Of a DNA stretch of 64,000 bases, positions 9,395 to 19,068 are shown in pieces (the first letter of the stretch is position 1; each line of letters starts with the position of its first letter). The DNA lies in the NCBI GenBank assembly GCA_034422115.1, contig DAOUJW010000017.1, positions 119,379 to 183,378 on the forward strand, read 5' to 3'. The notes beneath the pieces are model-generated. The model saw only the letters and a list, made by a program, of their open reading frames with translations. It searched no databases and was not told the DNA's origin. The DNA is from Dehalococcoidia bacterium. Its GTDB lineage: Bacteria; Chloroflexota; Dehalococcoidia; Lucifugimonadales; UBA2985. Both the position numbers and the translations under genes were made by a program.

Positions 9395-10189
9395 ATGGTA
9401 GTCCGCAGCTATGAGATGTTGAGCCTTGAGCGAACAGGCCATGTCGCCATCATCACCCTGAACAGACCGGAGAAGCTGAACGCCCTCAATCCGCCTTTGG
9501 TTGCCGAGTTCCACGCGGCCCTGGACGAGATCGCGTCCGAAGAGGACACCATCCGGGCGGTGATTGTAACCGGAGCGGGCAGGGGGTTCTGCTCAGGAGC
9601 GGATGTCAACCGGCAGCTGGAGTCTTTGCAGGGCACAGCCGCTCCCACACCTGAGGGCCCGGGTATCACGGCATTGGCCCCCCACCTGCAGCGCATCCCG
9701 CAGCCTGTGATCGCCGCCATAAACGGCGTGTCCGCAGGGGCGGGCTTTGGCGTGGCCCTGGCCAGCGACATCCGCATCGCCTCTGAAGCCGCCAGGTTCT
9801 CCTGCATATTCGTCAAGCGCTCCCTGGTGCCGGATACGGGCTCCTCCTTCACGATGCTTCGGCTGCTTGGCAAGGGACTCGCCATGGAGATGGCCCTTAC
9901 CGGAAACCTCTACGATGCGCAGTGGGCCATGGAGAAGGGCCTTGTGAACAAGGTCGTTTCTGCCGACAGGCTCATGGATGAGGCGATGGAGCTGGCCCAG
10001 ACCATAGCGTCCAACCCGCCGATATGCGTTCGCTCCATCAAGCAGCTCATCCACGGCCACGACGGCGACCTGGAGCCCGTGCTGAACCTGGAGAGCGCGG
10101 CCAACGCTCCCGCCTACGGCAGCGAGGACAGGCTGGAGGCCGTCAAGTCCTTCCTGGAGAAGAGGGATCCGGTCTACAAGGGACGATAG
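9395..10189 (+). CDS. Enoyl-CoA hydratase/isomerase (crotonase) family protein
   Basis: VAIITLNRPEKLNAL, GAGRGFCSGADV and AAINGVSAGAGFGVALASDIRIA. Start moved to ATG 9395, which is preceded by GTAGGAGGTG. Confidence 0.9.
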   Translation: MVVRSYEMLSLERTGHVAIITLNRPEKLNALNPPLVAEFHAALDEIASEEDTIRAVIVTGAGRGFCSGADVNRQLESLQGTAAPTPEGPGITALAPHLQRIPQPVIAAINGVSAGAGFGVALASDIRIASEAARFSCIFVKRSLVPDTGSSFTMLRLLGKGLAMEMALTGNLYDAQWAMEKGLVNKVVSADRLMDEAMELAQTIASNPPICVRSIKQLIHGHDGDLEPVLNLESAANAPAYGSEDRLEAVKSFLEKRDPVYKGR

Positions 10190-10328
10190 ATAAGACCAGT
10201 ACAGGACCCTCCTCCGCCGGGCGCGCCTTGCTTAAGGCCTGTCCTGGACCGCGAGGAGGGTTGTCCATTTTTAAGCCCGGCGCTTTCCCGCACGCACAGG
10301 GCGCAATTCATAGTAGGAGGTATCTGTC

Positions 10329-11138
10329 ATGGCATCGGGTGATTACACTGTCCTGGACCTGGAGAAGACGGGCCACGTTGCCACCATAACCCTCAATCGC
10401 CCGGAGAGGCTGAACGCCCTGAACACCACCCTGTCTTCCGAGTTCCACAACGCCCTGGACGATGTCGCGGAAGACCTTGATATCCGCGCCCTGATCATCA
10501 CCGGGGCTGGCCGCGGCTTCTGCTCCGGCGCCGACGTGGGCCAGATGCAGAACACACTTGACGGCCAGGGAGGGGGCCCGCCGCCCCTTCAGCGCATTGG
10601 GATGCCCGCGGGCGTGTCCGAGCTGACGCCTCACCTTCGCCGGATTCCCCAGCCCGTCATTGCCGCGGTGAACGGCGTGGCCGCGGGCGGTGGGCTTGGC
10701 GTCGTACTTGCCAGCGACATCCGCATCGCCTCGGAGGCGGCCAGGTTCAGCTGCGTATTCATTCGTCGCTCCCTGACCCCGGACAGCTCCGTGTCCTACA
10801 CCCTCCCGCGGCTGGTGGGGTACGGCATTGCTATGGAGATGGCGCTCACGGGCAACGTGTACGACGCGCAGTGGGCCCTTGAGAAGGGGCTTGTGAACAG
10901 GGTGGTGCCCGCCGAGAGGCTTCTGGATGATGCGATGGAGCTTGCCCAGACCATAGCGTCCAACCCGCCGATTGTTGTCCGCTCCACCAAGAAGCTCCTC
11001 TACAGGCACGACGTGGACCTGGAGGAGATATACCCCGTGGAGCGCGCCGCCAACGGCCCCTCCGCCAACAGCGACGACCGGAAGGAGGCTGTCCGCTCCT
11101 TCATGGAGAAGCGCCAGCCCGTCTACAAGGGGTGGTAG
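10329..11138 (+). CDS. Enoyl-CoA hydratase/isomerase family protein (tandem paralogue)
   Basis: Same motif set (ITLNRPERLNAL, GAGRGFCSGADV, AAVNGVAAGGGLG). RBS GTAGGAGGT upstream. Collinear with the 9395 gene. Confidence 0.9.
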   Translation: MASGDYTVLDLEKTGHVATITLNRPERLNALNTTLSSEFHNALDDVAEDLDIRALIITGAGRGFCSGADVGQMQNTLDGQGGGPPPLQRIGMPAGVSELTPHLRRIPQPVIAAVNGVAAGGGLGVVLASDIRIASEAARFSCVFIRRSLTPDSSVSYTLPRLVGYGIAMEMALTGNVYDAQWALEKGLVNRVVPAERLLDDAMELAQTIASNPPIVVRSTKKLLYRHDVDLEEIYPVERAANGPSANSDDRKEAVRSFMEKRQPVYKGW

Positions 11139-11148
11139 CGACATGTAA

Positions 11149-11185
11149 CTCGGCTAATTCAAAATCTGAATTTGAATTAGCCGAG
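11149..11185. terminator. Perfect 15-bp inverted repeat between convergent genes (hairpin, no U-tract)
   Basis: CTCGGCTAATTCAAA-ATCTGAA-TTTGAATTAGCCGAG, 11 nt after the crotonase stop. Confidence 0.5.
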
Positions 11186-11310
11186 TGCGAGTAAGCTCAA
11201 TGTATGTGAGGCTGGGCATACCAAGTCAATAGAGTCAACCCTTACGCCTACTCATAAACCGTGACATGGTTTCCGCTAGCGCCGGTGAAAAGCTCGCGTT
11301 GGAATGAACC

Positions 11311-11523
11311 TCAGCGTTCCTGAAACTCATTCCAGTCTATTCCCAGTTGCCTGATTGCCGAGCGCAGAGTCCCGATTTTTAGATCGCGCCCTCCCTGGTC
11401 AGGCAGTATGGCATCCTGTTGCGCTTCCGGGTTAAACCATTTTCTGTGAGAACCGCCTCCGCGCCTGGGAATCTCGTAGCATCCGAGCTCTGTCAGCTTA
11501 CGAGCGACATCCTTGTATGTCAC
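11311..11523 (-). CDS. hicA: HicA-family mRNA-interferase toxin
   Basis: 70 aa. ...LGCYEIPRRGGGSHRKWFNP... matches the HicA (YcfA) fold motif. It overlaps hicB by 4 nt. Confidence 0.85.
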   Translation of the reverse strand: MTYKDVARKLTELGCYEIPRRGGGSHRKWFNPEAQQDAILPDQGGRDLKIGTLRSAIRQLGIDWNEFQER

Positions 11524-11765
11524 GGCACGGAGACTATGGCCTCGACAGACACCGGACCGCTGGCGTCGTCTACGTATATGCTCGAAGGCAATGGACGTCC
11601 CCGGTCCTCGTAAATCTCCGCCACCGCCGCAAAGGCGTCCCCCACATTTGCTAGGGCTTCGGCCACGGTATCGCCCTCGGTTATTAGCTCCGGCAGCAAT
11701 GGAGAAGTAACGGTGTACCCGCCTTCGGGCTGAGGCTCTAGGACCAAAGGGATCCTCGCTATCAT
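11520..11765 (-). CDS. hicB: HicB-family antitoxin (UPF0150 domain)
   Basis: 81 aa. ...EPQPEGGYTVTSPLLPELITEGDTVAEALANVGDA... is the typical HicB N-terminal domain. Confidence 0.8.
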   Translation of the reverse strand: MIARIPLVLEPQPEGGYTVTSPLLPELITEGDTVAEALANVGDAFAAVAEIYEDRGRPLPSSIYVDDASGPVSVEAIVSVP

Positions 11766-12015
11766 CTTGCTTTACTCAACCACCTTCAAACTGACTTTCC
11801 GACACGCGCCATTATACCACAGCGACGATTTCCAATAGGCTGTCGGCTATCCGCTCTCCGTAGGTTGTAAGGAGAGTAGTCGTTCAATATAGTTGCCTTT
11901 CAGGGTGTGTGCCACCTGCCACTTTACAACAGGCTGGATGTTGCAATACTAGGTCCTAGAGGAGCCGACGAAAAGTAACGCCCCCGATTTTATAGTAAAA
12001 TAGCACCACAACATC

Positions 12016-12046
12016 TTGTGCCCTGTAGTTTCGAGGGTGCTATAAT
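12016..12046 (+). promoter_or_regulatory. Putative promoter of dnaE
   Basis: TTGTGC (12016-12021), 19-nt spacer, TGcTATAAT (-10 at 12041-12046). Confidence 0.35.
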
Positions 12047-12057
12047 CACGGGAGTTT

Positions 12058-15000
12058 TTGTCAGAGGTAACCTTGTTCACCCACCTGCACAACCACACCG
12101 AGTACAGCCTCCTGGACGGCCTCAGCCGCATCAGCCCTATGGTGCAACGCGCCAAAGAGCTGGGCATGGACTCCCTGGCCATCACCGATCATGGCGGGCT
12201 GTACGGCGCCATCGAGTTCTATACGGAGTGCAAGGAAGCCGGTATAAAGCCCATTATCGGGCTGGAGGCGTACCTGGCCCAGGAGAGCCGCCACAGGAAG
12301 GGCTCGGCGGACAAGAGCCCCTACCATCTCCTTCTGCTGGCCAAGGACATGGAGGGATACCAGAACCTGCTCAAGCTGTCCTCCCTGTCGCACCTGGAGG
12401 GTTTCTACTACAAGCCCCGCGTCGACAAGGAGCTGCTGGAGGTTCATAGCGGAGGGCTGATCGCCTTTTCCGGCTGTCCAACCGCCGAGGTCCCGAGGCT
12501 GCTAATCGAAGGCAACACTCAGGAGGCCAGGGACGCCGCTCTCTGGTACAAGAACACCTTTGGGGATTTCTACCTGGAGCTTCAGCGACACGCAGACGTC
12601 CCGGAGCTTCCCAGGCTGAACGAAGAGCTCCTGAAGCTGGGCCAGGAAACGGGCCTGCCGCTGGTGGGCACCAACGACTGCCACTACATTCACCAGGAAG
12701 ACGCCTCCATACAGGACATCCTAATCTGCATCCACACCAACACCAACATCCACGACGACAAGCGCCTGAGAATGACCGACGACTCCTACTACCTCAAGAG
12801 CCCCCAAGAGATGGAAGAGCTATTCCCAGACGTGCCGGAAGCTGTCGCCAACACCCGTCGTATAGCCGACATGTGCCACCTGGAGTTGGACTTCAGCCAG
12901 CTTCGGCTGCCGGAGTACAAGACCCCGGACGGCGTCAGCTCGGACGAGTACCTGGCTCGTCTCTGCTACGAGGGAATGCAGAAGCGCTACGGCAACCCCT
13001 CGGACGTGGTGCGTCAGCGTCTGGAGTACGAACTGGATGTTATAAGGAACACCCAGTTCAGCAACTACATCCTGGTGGTGTGGGATATAGCCGCCTTTGC
13101 ACGGCAGAGCGGCATTATCTTCGGCGTACGGGGCAGCGCCGCCGCAAGCGTGGTGCTCTACTGCCTGGGCGTGACGGACATAGAGCCGCTCCAGTACAGG
13201 CTTGTTTTTGAGCGGTTCCTGAACCTGGAGCGTCGTGAGATGCCGGACATCGACATGGACTTCCAGGACGACCGCCGCGACGAGGTGATAGCCTACGTGC
13301 GGCGGAAGTACGGCGGCGACCACGTGGCGCAGATCATCACCTTCGGGACTCTGGGCCCCAAGGCAGCCATCCGCGACACGGGCCGCGCCCTTGGCATGGC
13401 CTACTCCGACGTCGACCGCGTTGCAAGGCTCATCCCCTTCCGCGTCCACTCCCTTGAGGAGGCGGTGGAAGGCACTGCGGAGCTGAAGGAGATATACGAG
13501 GCGGACGAGACCCTGAAGGACCTTGTGGACAAGGCCAAGCGTCTGGAGGGGGTTGCCCGCCACACAAGCACCCACGCCGCGGGAGTGGTCATCTCCAAGG
13601 AGCCGCTGACGGAGTACGTCCCATTGCAGCGCCCCGTCCGCAGCGACTCTGCCGAGGACATGGCCATGACCCAGTTCCCAATGGACCCCATCGCCAAGCT
13701 GGGCCTCCTGAAGATGGACCTGCTGGGGCTGACCAACCTGACCATACTGGAGCAGGCGCGGCAGATGGTGACAACCCGTCGTGGAGTCAACCTGGTATTC
13801 GAAGAGATACCCCTGGACGACGAGAAGACCTACGCCCTCCTGTCGTCCGGCGAGACAACGGGGGTGTTCCAGCTGGAGAGCGCCGGGATGAGGCGGTACG
13901 TGAAGAAGCTGATGCCCAACTCCCTGGGAGACGTGGCTGCGATGATAGCCCTCTATCGCCCGGGGCCGATGGAGCACATCGACACTTTCATTGACGCCAA
14001 GCATGGCCGTGGTTCCATAAGCTACCCTCACCCGATGCTCAAAGACATCCTTGAAGAGACCTACGGAGTCATCGTCTACCAGGACCAGGTGCTTCTGATT
14101 GCCCAGGCCTTTGCGGGCTATACCCTGGGAGAGGCGGACGTGGTGCGCAAGGCGATGGGCAAGAAGATTCCGGAGGTCATGCGGGACGAGCGTGAGAAGT
14201 TCGTGCAGGGCGCACTGGCTAAGGGGTTCTCCCAGGAGCTTTCCGAGGAGGTGTTCCAGCTTGTGGAGCCCTTTGCCGGCTACGCGTTCAACAAGGCCCA
14301 CAGCGTGAGCTACGCCCTGATTGCCTACTGGACGGCCTACTTCAAAGCGAACTACCCTGAGGAGTACATGACGGCGCTGCTGAACGCCCACGCCGGGCAG
14401 GCGGAGAAGGTGGCCGGCGCGGTCACAGAGTGCCTTCAGCTTGGCATCCCGGTGCTCCTGCCAGACGTGAGCCGCAGCGAGGTGGACTTCTCCATAGACA
14501 TCAACTCGGAGGGCAAGCCGTCCATCAGGTTCGGGCTGGCCACGGTCAAGAACGTGGGGGCCTCCGCGGTCGCGCCCCTTGTCGAAGAGCGAAAGAAGGC
14601 CGGTCCCTACACGTCTTTAGAGGATCTGTGCCACAGGGCCGACATGCGCGGCGTGAACCGCCGGGCGCTGGAAAGCCTGGCAAAGGTGGGCGCTCTGGAC
14701 TCGCTCGGTCCGAGAGGCCAGCTGCTGGCCAGCGCCGACCGCATTCTGGCCATGGCCCAGCGAGAGGCCAAGCTGAAGGACTCCGGCCAGTCTACCATGT
14801 TCGACCTGTTCGGAGAGTCAGTAGCCGCGCCCGTAGCCGCCCTGGAGCTTGAGGAGGGTGAGGTGCTCCAGCAGGAGAAGATGGCATGGGAGCGAGAGCT
14901 TCTGGGCACCTTCATCTCGGAGAACCCCTGGAGTGAGGTGGCGCTGAAGGCCAAGTCCTACGCCATTATTTCCAGAAACGACATCGATACCGAAATGGTC

Positions 15001-15768
15001 GGGGAGAGCGTGACCATTGTGGGCCAGATATCCACACAGAGGATCGGCCTCACCCGCGAGGGCAAGACGTTCGCAGCCGTCGGCCTGGATCTCATGGGAG
15101 GCAGCCTGGAGGTAATGGTGTGGCCCAACGCCTATGAGCGCACCCAGGACCTGTGGTACGAGGGCAGCCTGGTTGAGGTGGTGGGCAAGATACGACAGAG
15201 AGACAACGAGCTATCGCTTCACTGCGACGCTGCCAAGCTCTACCAGATAGAGGAGCAGGATGAATCTCCTCAACCGGGGGAGCAGGCGCCGGTCGTTGAC
15301 CAGCCCAGGGCAGAAGCCGCTCCGGAGCAGGAAACTGGCAGCCAAGACGCCGCGCCAGCGATCCAATCGGTCGCTGAAAACGGCGCGTCCCATGCCCCGG
15401 ATGCAGGAGAAAACGGGGCGTCATCCGGCGACCATGCGGCGCTGAACGGCGCGTCGGAGTACGCCAACGGCAAGAGCCAGGAGAACGGGGCGCACGCAGC
15501 CACCTCTCAAAAGCTGTGGATAAGCCTGGAGGAGTCCAGCAACCCCGGGCAGGACGAGCACCTGCTGAGAGAGGTGGTGAAGCTGCTGCTCAACTACCCC
15601 GGCGACTGCCCGGTGGCCCTGAAAATCAAGACCAACGGCAAGCTGGTAAAGGTAGACCTGCCCGTGGCCCCCGTTGCCTACTGCCAGGAGCTGCACAACG
15701 ACCTGACGGAAATGGTCGGAGAGAGTGGGATTGAGATGGAGGGTGACTTCGCCAGCTTGGTGGTGTAG
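12058..15768 (+). CDS. dnaE: DNA polymerase III alpha subunit with an atypical low-complexity C-terminal extension
   Basis: PHP-domain N-terminus FTHLHNHTEYSLLDG, polymerase core (GLLKMDLLGL, FQLES.GM), OB fold near residue 1000. The start could be TTG 12058 or TTG 12073 (AGAGG RBS). Confidence 0.95.
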   Translation: MSEVTLFTHLHNHTEYSLLDGLSRISPMVQRAKELGMDSLAITDHGGLYGAIEFYTECKEAGIKPIIGLEAYLAQESRHRKGSADKSPYHLLLLAKDMEGYQNLLKLSSLSHLEGFYYKPRVDKELLEVHSGGLIAFSGCPTAEVPRLLIEGNTQEARDAALWYKNTFGDFYLELQRHADVPELPRLNEELLKLGQETGLPLVGTNDCHYIHQEDASIQDILICIHTNTNIHDDKRLRMTDDSYYLKSPQEMEELFPDVPEAVANTRRIADMCHLELDFSQLRLPEYKTPDGVSSDEYLARLCYEGMQKRYGNPSDVVRQRLEYELDVIRNTQFSNYILVVWDIAAFARQSGIIFGVRGSAAASVVLYCLGVTDIEPLQYRLVFERFLNLERREMPDIDMDFQDDRRDEVIAYVRRKYGGDHVAQIITFGTLGPKAAIRDTGRALGMAYSDVDRVARLIPFRVHSLEEAVEGTAELKEIYEADETLKDLVDKAKRLEGVARHTSTHAAGVVISKEPLTEYVPLQRPVRSDSAEDMAMTQFPMDPIAKLGLLKMDLLGLTNLTILEQARQMVTTRRGVNLVFEEIPLDDEKTYALLSSGETTGVFQLESAGMRRYVKKLMPNSLGDVAAMIALYRPGPMEHIDTFIDAKHGRGSISYPHPMLKDILEETYGVIVYQDQVLLIAQAFAGYTLGEADVVRKAMGKKIPEVMRDEREKFVQGALAKGFSQELSEEVFQLVEPFAGYAFNKAHSVSYALIAYWTAYFKANYPEEYMTALLNAHAGQAEKVAGAVTECLQLGIPVLLPDVSRSEVDFSIDINSEGKPSIRFGLATVKNVGASAVAPLVEERKKAGPYTSLEDLCHRADMRGVNRRALESLAKVGALDSLGPRGQLLASADRILAMAQREAKLKDSGQSTMFDLFGESVAAPVAALELEEGEVLQQEKMAWERELLGTFISENPWSEVALKAKSYAIISRNDIDTEMVGESVTIVGQISTQRIGLTREGKTFAAVGLDLMGGSLEVMVWPNAYERTQDLWYEGSLVEVVGKIRQRDNELSLHCDAAKLYQIEEQDESPQPGEQAPVVDQPRAEAAPEQETGSQDAAPAIQSVAENGASHAPDAGENGASSGDHAALNGASEYANGKSQENGAHAATSQKLWISLEESSNPGQDEHLLREVVKLLLNYPGDCPVALKIKTNGKLVKVDLPVAPVAYCQELHNDLTEMVGESGIEMEGDFASLVV

Positions 15769-15804
15769 GGCGGCACTCTGCTGCAGCCCTGGTTTGCTGG
15801 CGTC

Positions 15805-16209
15805 TTACCAGATCGTTTCCACCTGAGACGAAGCGGCAAGAATCGCATCCCGCGTCACCACAGGCGCGCCAAGAGCTGCGGACTCGGCTGCCATGAGCCT
15901 GTCGTGCATCGCCGTAATATCCGGGAATTGGTCAAGTCTCTCAAGCTGCGCCCTCCCCAGATCCGAGACCTCTATCCCGCTCACGGACGCCAGCGCATCC
16001 AGCAGGGTGGAGGGGGCAATAGGCTGATTCAGCTTGGCAGAGAGGGAATAGAACTCCGCGATGGCTATCGCAGGTACGACGATGGTTGCATTGCCGGTCT
16101 CTGCCAGCCGGAAGACGGCGGACGCGGCGGGCGTGAGGCACTCCGGCGACCTCAGATACCACCACAGGGCATGGGTGTCAACCACAAACTTGGTTGGGCT
16201 ATTGACCAC
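15805..16209 (-). CDS. vapC: PIN-domain VapC-family toxin
   Basis: 134 aa. N-terminal FVVDTHALWWYL and C-terminal acidic residues are typical of PIN domains. It lies directly downstream of a Phd/YefM antitoxin gene. Confidence 0.8.
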   Translation of the reverse strand: MVNSPTKFVVDTHALWWYLRSPECLTPAASAVFRLAETGNATIVVPAIAIAEFYSLSAKLNQPIAPSTLLDALASVSGIEVSDLGRAQLERLDQFPDITAMHDRLMAAESAALGAPVVTRDAILAASSQVETIW

Positions 16210-16230
16210 AGCTAGCGGGGCCTCTTCAGG

Positions 16231-16476
16231 CTACGGGTCTTTAGGCTCCCAGAGCGTCTTTATGTCCGCGAAGTCCTCATAGGACGCGTCTGGCAGGGTG
16301 TTGAAGGCCCCTTTCAGCGTGCTGAGGGAGGGTTTTTCCTCACCGGGGTCCTGCACAAGGCTCAGCTTGCCGCGGGGCTTCCCGCGGCGCGTGATAATCA
16401 CCTCTTCACCGTACTTGAGGTTCATGATTATATCACTGACCTTGGATTTGAACTCTCTTATGTTGTATGAGGTCAT
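16231..16476 (-). CDS. Phd/YefM-family antitoxin
   Basis: 81 aa. MTSYNIREFKSKVSDIIMNLKYGEEVIITRRGKPRGKL is the Phd/YefM N-terminal signature. Confidence 0.8.
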   Translation of the reverse strand: MTSYNIREFKSKVSDIIMNLKYGEEVIITRRGKPRGKLSLVQDPGEEKPSLSTLKGAFNTLPDASYEDFADIKTLWEPKDP

Positions 16477-16581
16477 GCGTGCTCCTTAATGTGGTCACGT
16501 CCATTACAATTATGTGACCACATTCTACCACGCGCCCTCACTGTACGCAATACCCTGAGTTTTGCGCGCAACCCGGACGCC

Positions 16582-16890
16582 TCACACGGCGCTGGGGGCT
16601 GTCCCTCTCTCCAGCCACACCTCTGTCCTGGCCGGAGAGGTTAGCAGGGAGTTGACCTTATCAACCACTTCAAGGCGTTCCTGGTGGTGTTCCCAGTCTC
16701 GCCAGTCCTTGAGGGTGGACCAGTTGCTTATCACCAGGTGAATGCTTGGGTCCGACGCAAGGATAAGGGTCTCCCCGGAAATATATCCAGGCTGCTTGAG
16801 GGCCCTTGCCCTCAGCTCCACCAAAAGCTCCTCCAACTCCGCCTCCCGGCCGGTATTGACGTGACGCGACATGAGCACCTTGATAGCCAT
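16582..16890 (-). CDS. Antibiotic-biosynthesis-monooxygenase (ABM/Dabb) domain protein
   Basis: The only convincing part of the 193-aa ORF is MAIKVLMSRHVNTGREAELEELL...ISNWSTLKDWRDWEHHQERL. ATG 16890 lies 2 nt after the ogt stop. Confidence 0.65.
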   Translation of the reverse strand: MAIKVLMSRHVNTGREAELEELLVELRARALKQPGYISGETLILASDPSIHLVISNWSTLKDWRDWEHHQERLEVVDKVNSLLTSPARTEVWLERGTAPSAV

Positions 16891-16892
16891 GG

Positions 16893-17459
16893 CTAGTACC
16901 CTCCTTCGCCGGCGGCGACTTCTCTTCCAGTTCCGCTTTCGATATCCAGCAACTCTCGCTTTAGCCCGATTCCATCCGGGCCTCCGTAACCTCGGAGGTC
17001 TCCCTGTTCGCCGATAACCCTGTGGCACGGCACGATGATGGGCGCAGGGTTGGCCCTCATCGCCTGTCCGACGGCGCGGGCAGCCCTGGGCCTGCCGATC
17101 TCCCGGGCAATCCAGCTGTAGCTCCGGGTCTCTCCCCAGGGAATTGTGCGCGCCGCCTCCCAAACACTCTTCTGGAAGTCCGTGCCCTTAAGGTCCAGGA
17201 TGTCCGGAAATGAGGTCACCTCTCCCTCGAAGTAACGCTCCAGCCTGCGGCCAAGGTCCTCAAAGGCCTCCGGGTCCAGCTCTGTTCCGACGACGGGCTG
17301 TGGTAGGTCCAAGCTGCTCAGGGCCTCTGCGGGGTCGAGATGGGGCAGCGAAAGGCGTCTTATACCCCTTGACGATGCCTCCACGGCTACCCAGCCCCTG
17401 GTGGTGGACACAACTCCGTGGGCTGCTGGTTCCTCTCTCCGGTTATTCGCTTTGACCAT
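16893..17459 (-). CDS. ogt: Methylated-DNA--protein-cysteine methyltransferase
   Basis: Active-site motif IIVPCHRVIG and WGETRSYSWIAREIGRPRAARAVG. Confidence 0.9.
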   Translation of the reverse strand: MVKANNRREEPAAHGVVSTTRGWVAVEASSRGIRRLSLPHLDPAEALSSLDLPQPVVGTELDPEAFEDLGRRLERYFEGEVTSFPDILDLKGTDFQKSVWEAARTIPWGETRSYSWIAREIGRPRAARAVGQAMRANPAPIIVPCHRVIGEQGDLRGYGGPDGIGLKRELLDIESGTGREVAAGEGGY

Positions 17460-17683
17460 ATCCGTCCTGATGTGCGTGATTGCGCCACCGGCTTCCGCCC
17501 GTCGCGCTTGCCGATTGCTATTCCATTATACCAAGATATGCGCCCACAGACACCAGTTGGCGGCCCGCGTCTTTGGTGATAGCGAACTGGAATATAGCGG
17601 AGATGCGCCAACGCAAATGATGCGCAATCGCCACGTCAGCAACGTAAATCGTCGCCAATGCAGATGGTTAATGATACGACCAA

Positions 17684-17712
17684 TTGACACCACAGCGTTA
17701 TCTGAATATAAT
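17684..17712 (+). promoter_or_regulatory. Consensus sigma70-type promoter upstream of the acyl-CoA dehydrogenase gene
   Basis: TTGACA (17684-17689), exactly 17 nt spacer, TATAAT (17707-17712), followed by a ~100-nt leader to ATG 17817. Confidence 0.6.
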
Positions 17713-17816
17713 GCCGCGTATCGTGGGCAGTCCCGTGTTCGGCTCTGCGCTTGTGGTTTAGTCGGAGGCCGAAAGGCGGCTCACCCTGGTGGTTGAATCA
17801 GATAAGGAGGGCAGGC

Positions 17817-19046
17817 ATGGACTTTACACTGTCGTCAGCATATACGGAGGAGCAGGAGCGGTTCCGGCTGGAGGTGAGGGCGTGGCTGGAGGAGAACGTG
17901 CCGGACGACATGAAGGAGCCTATCGACGGGGACGACTTCACCTATGAGCAGTACCAGTTCTACCGGGAGCTGTGGAGGAAGATGGGCGAGAAGGGCTGGC
18001 TCTTCCCCACCTATCCCAAGGAGTACGGCGGCGGTGGAATGTCAGCCGACTACGAGGTGATCATATCCGAGGAGATGTCCGCGGCGCAGGTGAAGGCCTG
18101 CACCAGCCGCTCTCTGGTGTTCCAGACCCTCCTGGTTTGGGGCACGGAGGAGCAGAAGCAGAAGTTCCTTCCCCCACTGCTCAGGGGTGATGCGATAGTC
18201 TTCCAGAAGCTCACGGAGCCCCAGGGCGGGGCCGACCTGGCCAGCATCCAGAGCCGAGCCACCCAGGACGGCGACGACTGGATTCTCAACGGCCGGAACG
18301 TCTTCATCGGAGACCCGTATGACGTGGAGTACCTGGCCGGGCCTATGGTTACGGATCCGGACGCGCCCCGGCATCGAAACCTGGGCTACTTCATGATTCC
18401 GGTTCCCTCGGAAGGACTGGAGCTGCGGGAGATGAAGCTGCTGCCCAGCTCCCGGAAGCAGGCCATTTTCCTGGACAACGTGCGCATCCCCGGCGATCAC
18501 CTGATTGGCGGCGTCAACCAGGGTTGGCAGGTCATGGGCACTCATTTGGAGTTCGAGCACGGCGGTCGTGGCCGGGCCGTACCCAGAGACGAGAATACGG
18601 ACAGCCTGATAGAGTACCTGAAGGATACCAAGCACGACGGCGGTACCCTGGGCAACGACGAAGTGGTACAGCAGGTTGCTATGGACGCCGTCCTGGATTC
18701 CCACGTTCAGGCACTGCTGCTCCAGCGGACCTACTGGATGTACCAGAACCGCATGGAGATCCAGTACGAGGGCAACGTAGCCAACGTGCATGGCCGGGAG
18801 TCCAGCCTGCGCAACGCCCGCAGGATACGAGAGCTGTACGGCCCCTACGGGTTCCTGGGCACAAAGGAGCCCGGAGCCCCTCACGGCGGCGCGCAGGAGG
18901 TGAACCAGCGCTCCAGGGCGGGTCAGAACCACGCTGCCGGAAGCACGAACATCGCCAAGGTGATACTGGCGAGGAGGATCGGGATCAGCCGCACCCAGGA
19001 GAGGGCGGCGCCCACCGCGTCCACCGCCACCAGCCACAGCAGCTAG
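17817..19046 (+). CDS. Acyl-CoA dehydrogenase family protein
   Basis: Start at MDFTLSSAYTEEQERF, preceded by TAAGGAGGG. Motifs KGWLFPTYPKEYGGGG and LTEPQGGADLASIQSRA..DGDDWILNG. Confidence 0.88.
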   Translation: MDFTLSSAYTEEQERFRLEVRAWLEENVPDDMKEPIDGDDFTYEQYQFYRELWRKMGEKGWLFPTYPKEYGGGGMSADYEVIISEEMSAAQVKACTSRSLVFQTLLVWGTEEQKQKFLPPLLRGDAIVFQKLTEPQGGADLASIQSRATQDGDDWILNGRNVFIGDPYDVEYLAGPMVTDPDAPRHRNLGYFMIPVPSEGLELREMKLLPSSRKQAIFLDNVRIPGDHLIGGVNQGWQVMGTHLEFEHGGRGRAVPRDENTDSLIEYLKDTKHDGGTLGNDEVVQQVAMDAVLDSHVQALLLQRTYWMYQNRMEIQYEGNVANVHGRESSLRNARRIRELYGPYGFLGTKEPGAPHGGAQEVNQRSRAGQNHAAGSTNIAKVILARRIGISRTQERAAPTASTATSHSS

Positions 19047-19068
19047 TCATTAGCCGCTTGCCACAAAG

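Noticed and set aside
12820-14391. 523-aa minus-strand ORF
   Set aside because: It lies entirely inside and antisense to dnaE. It has shadow-frame composition (H, Q, L, G, V rich) and no motifs.
16891-17163. N-terminal extension of the ABM-domain ORF (193-aa version)
   Set aside because: It overlaps ogt, and its Arg-rich sequence looks non-coding. ATG 16890 follows directly after the ogt stop.
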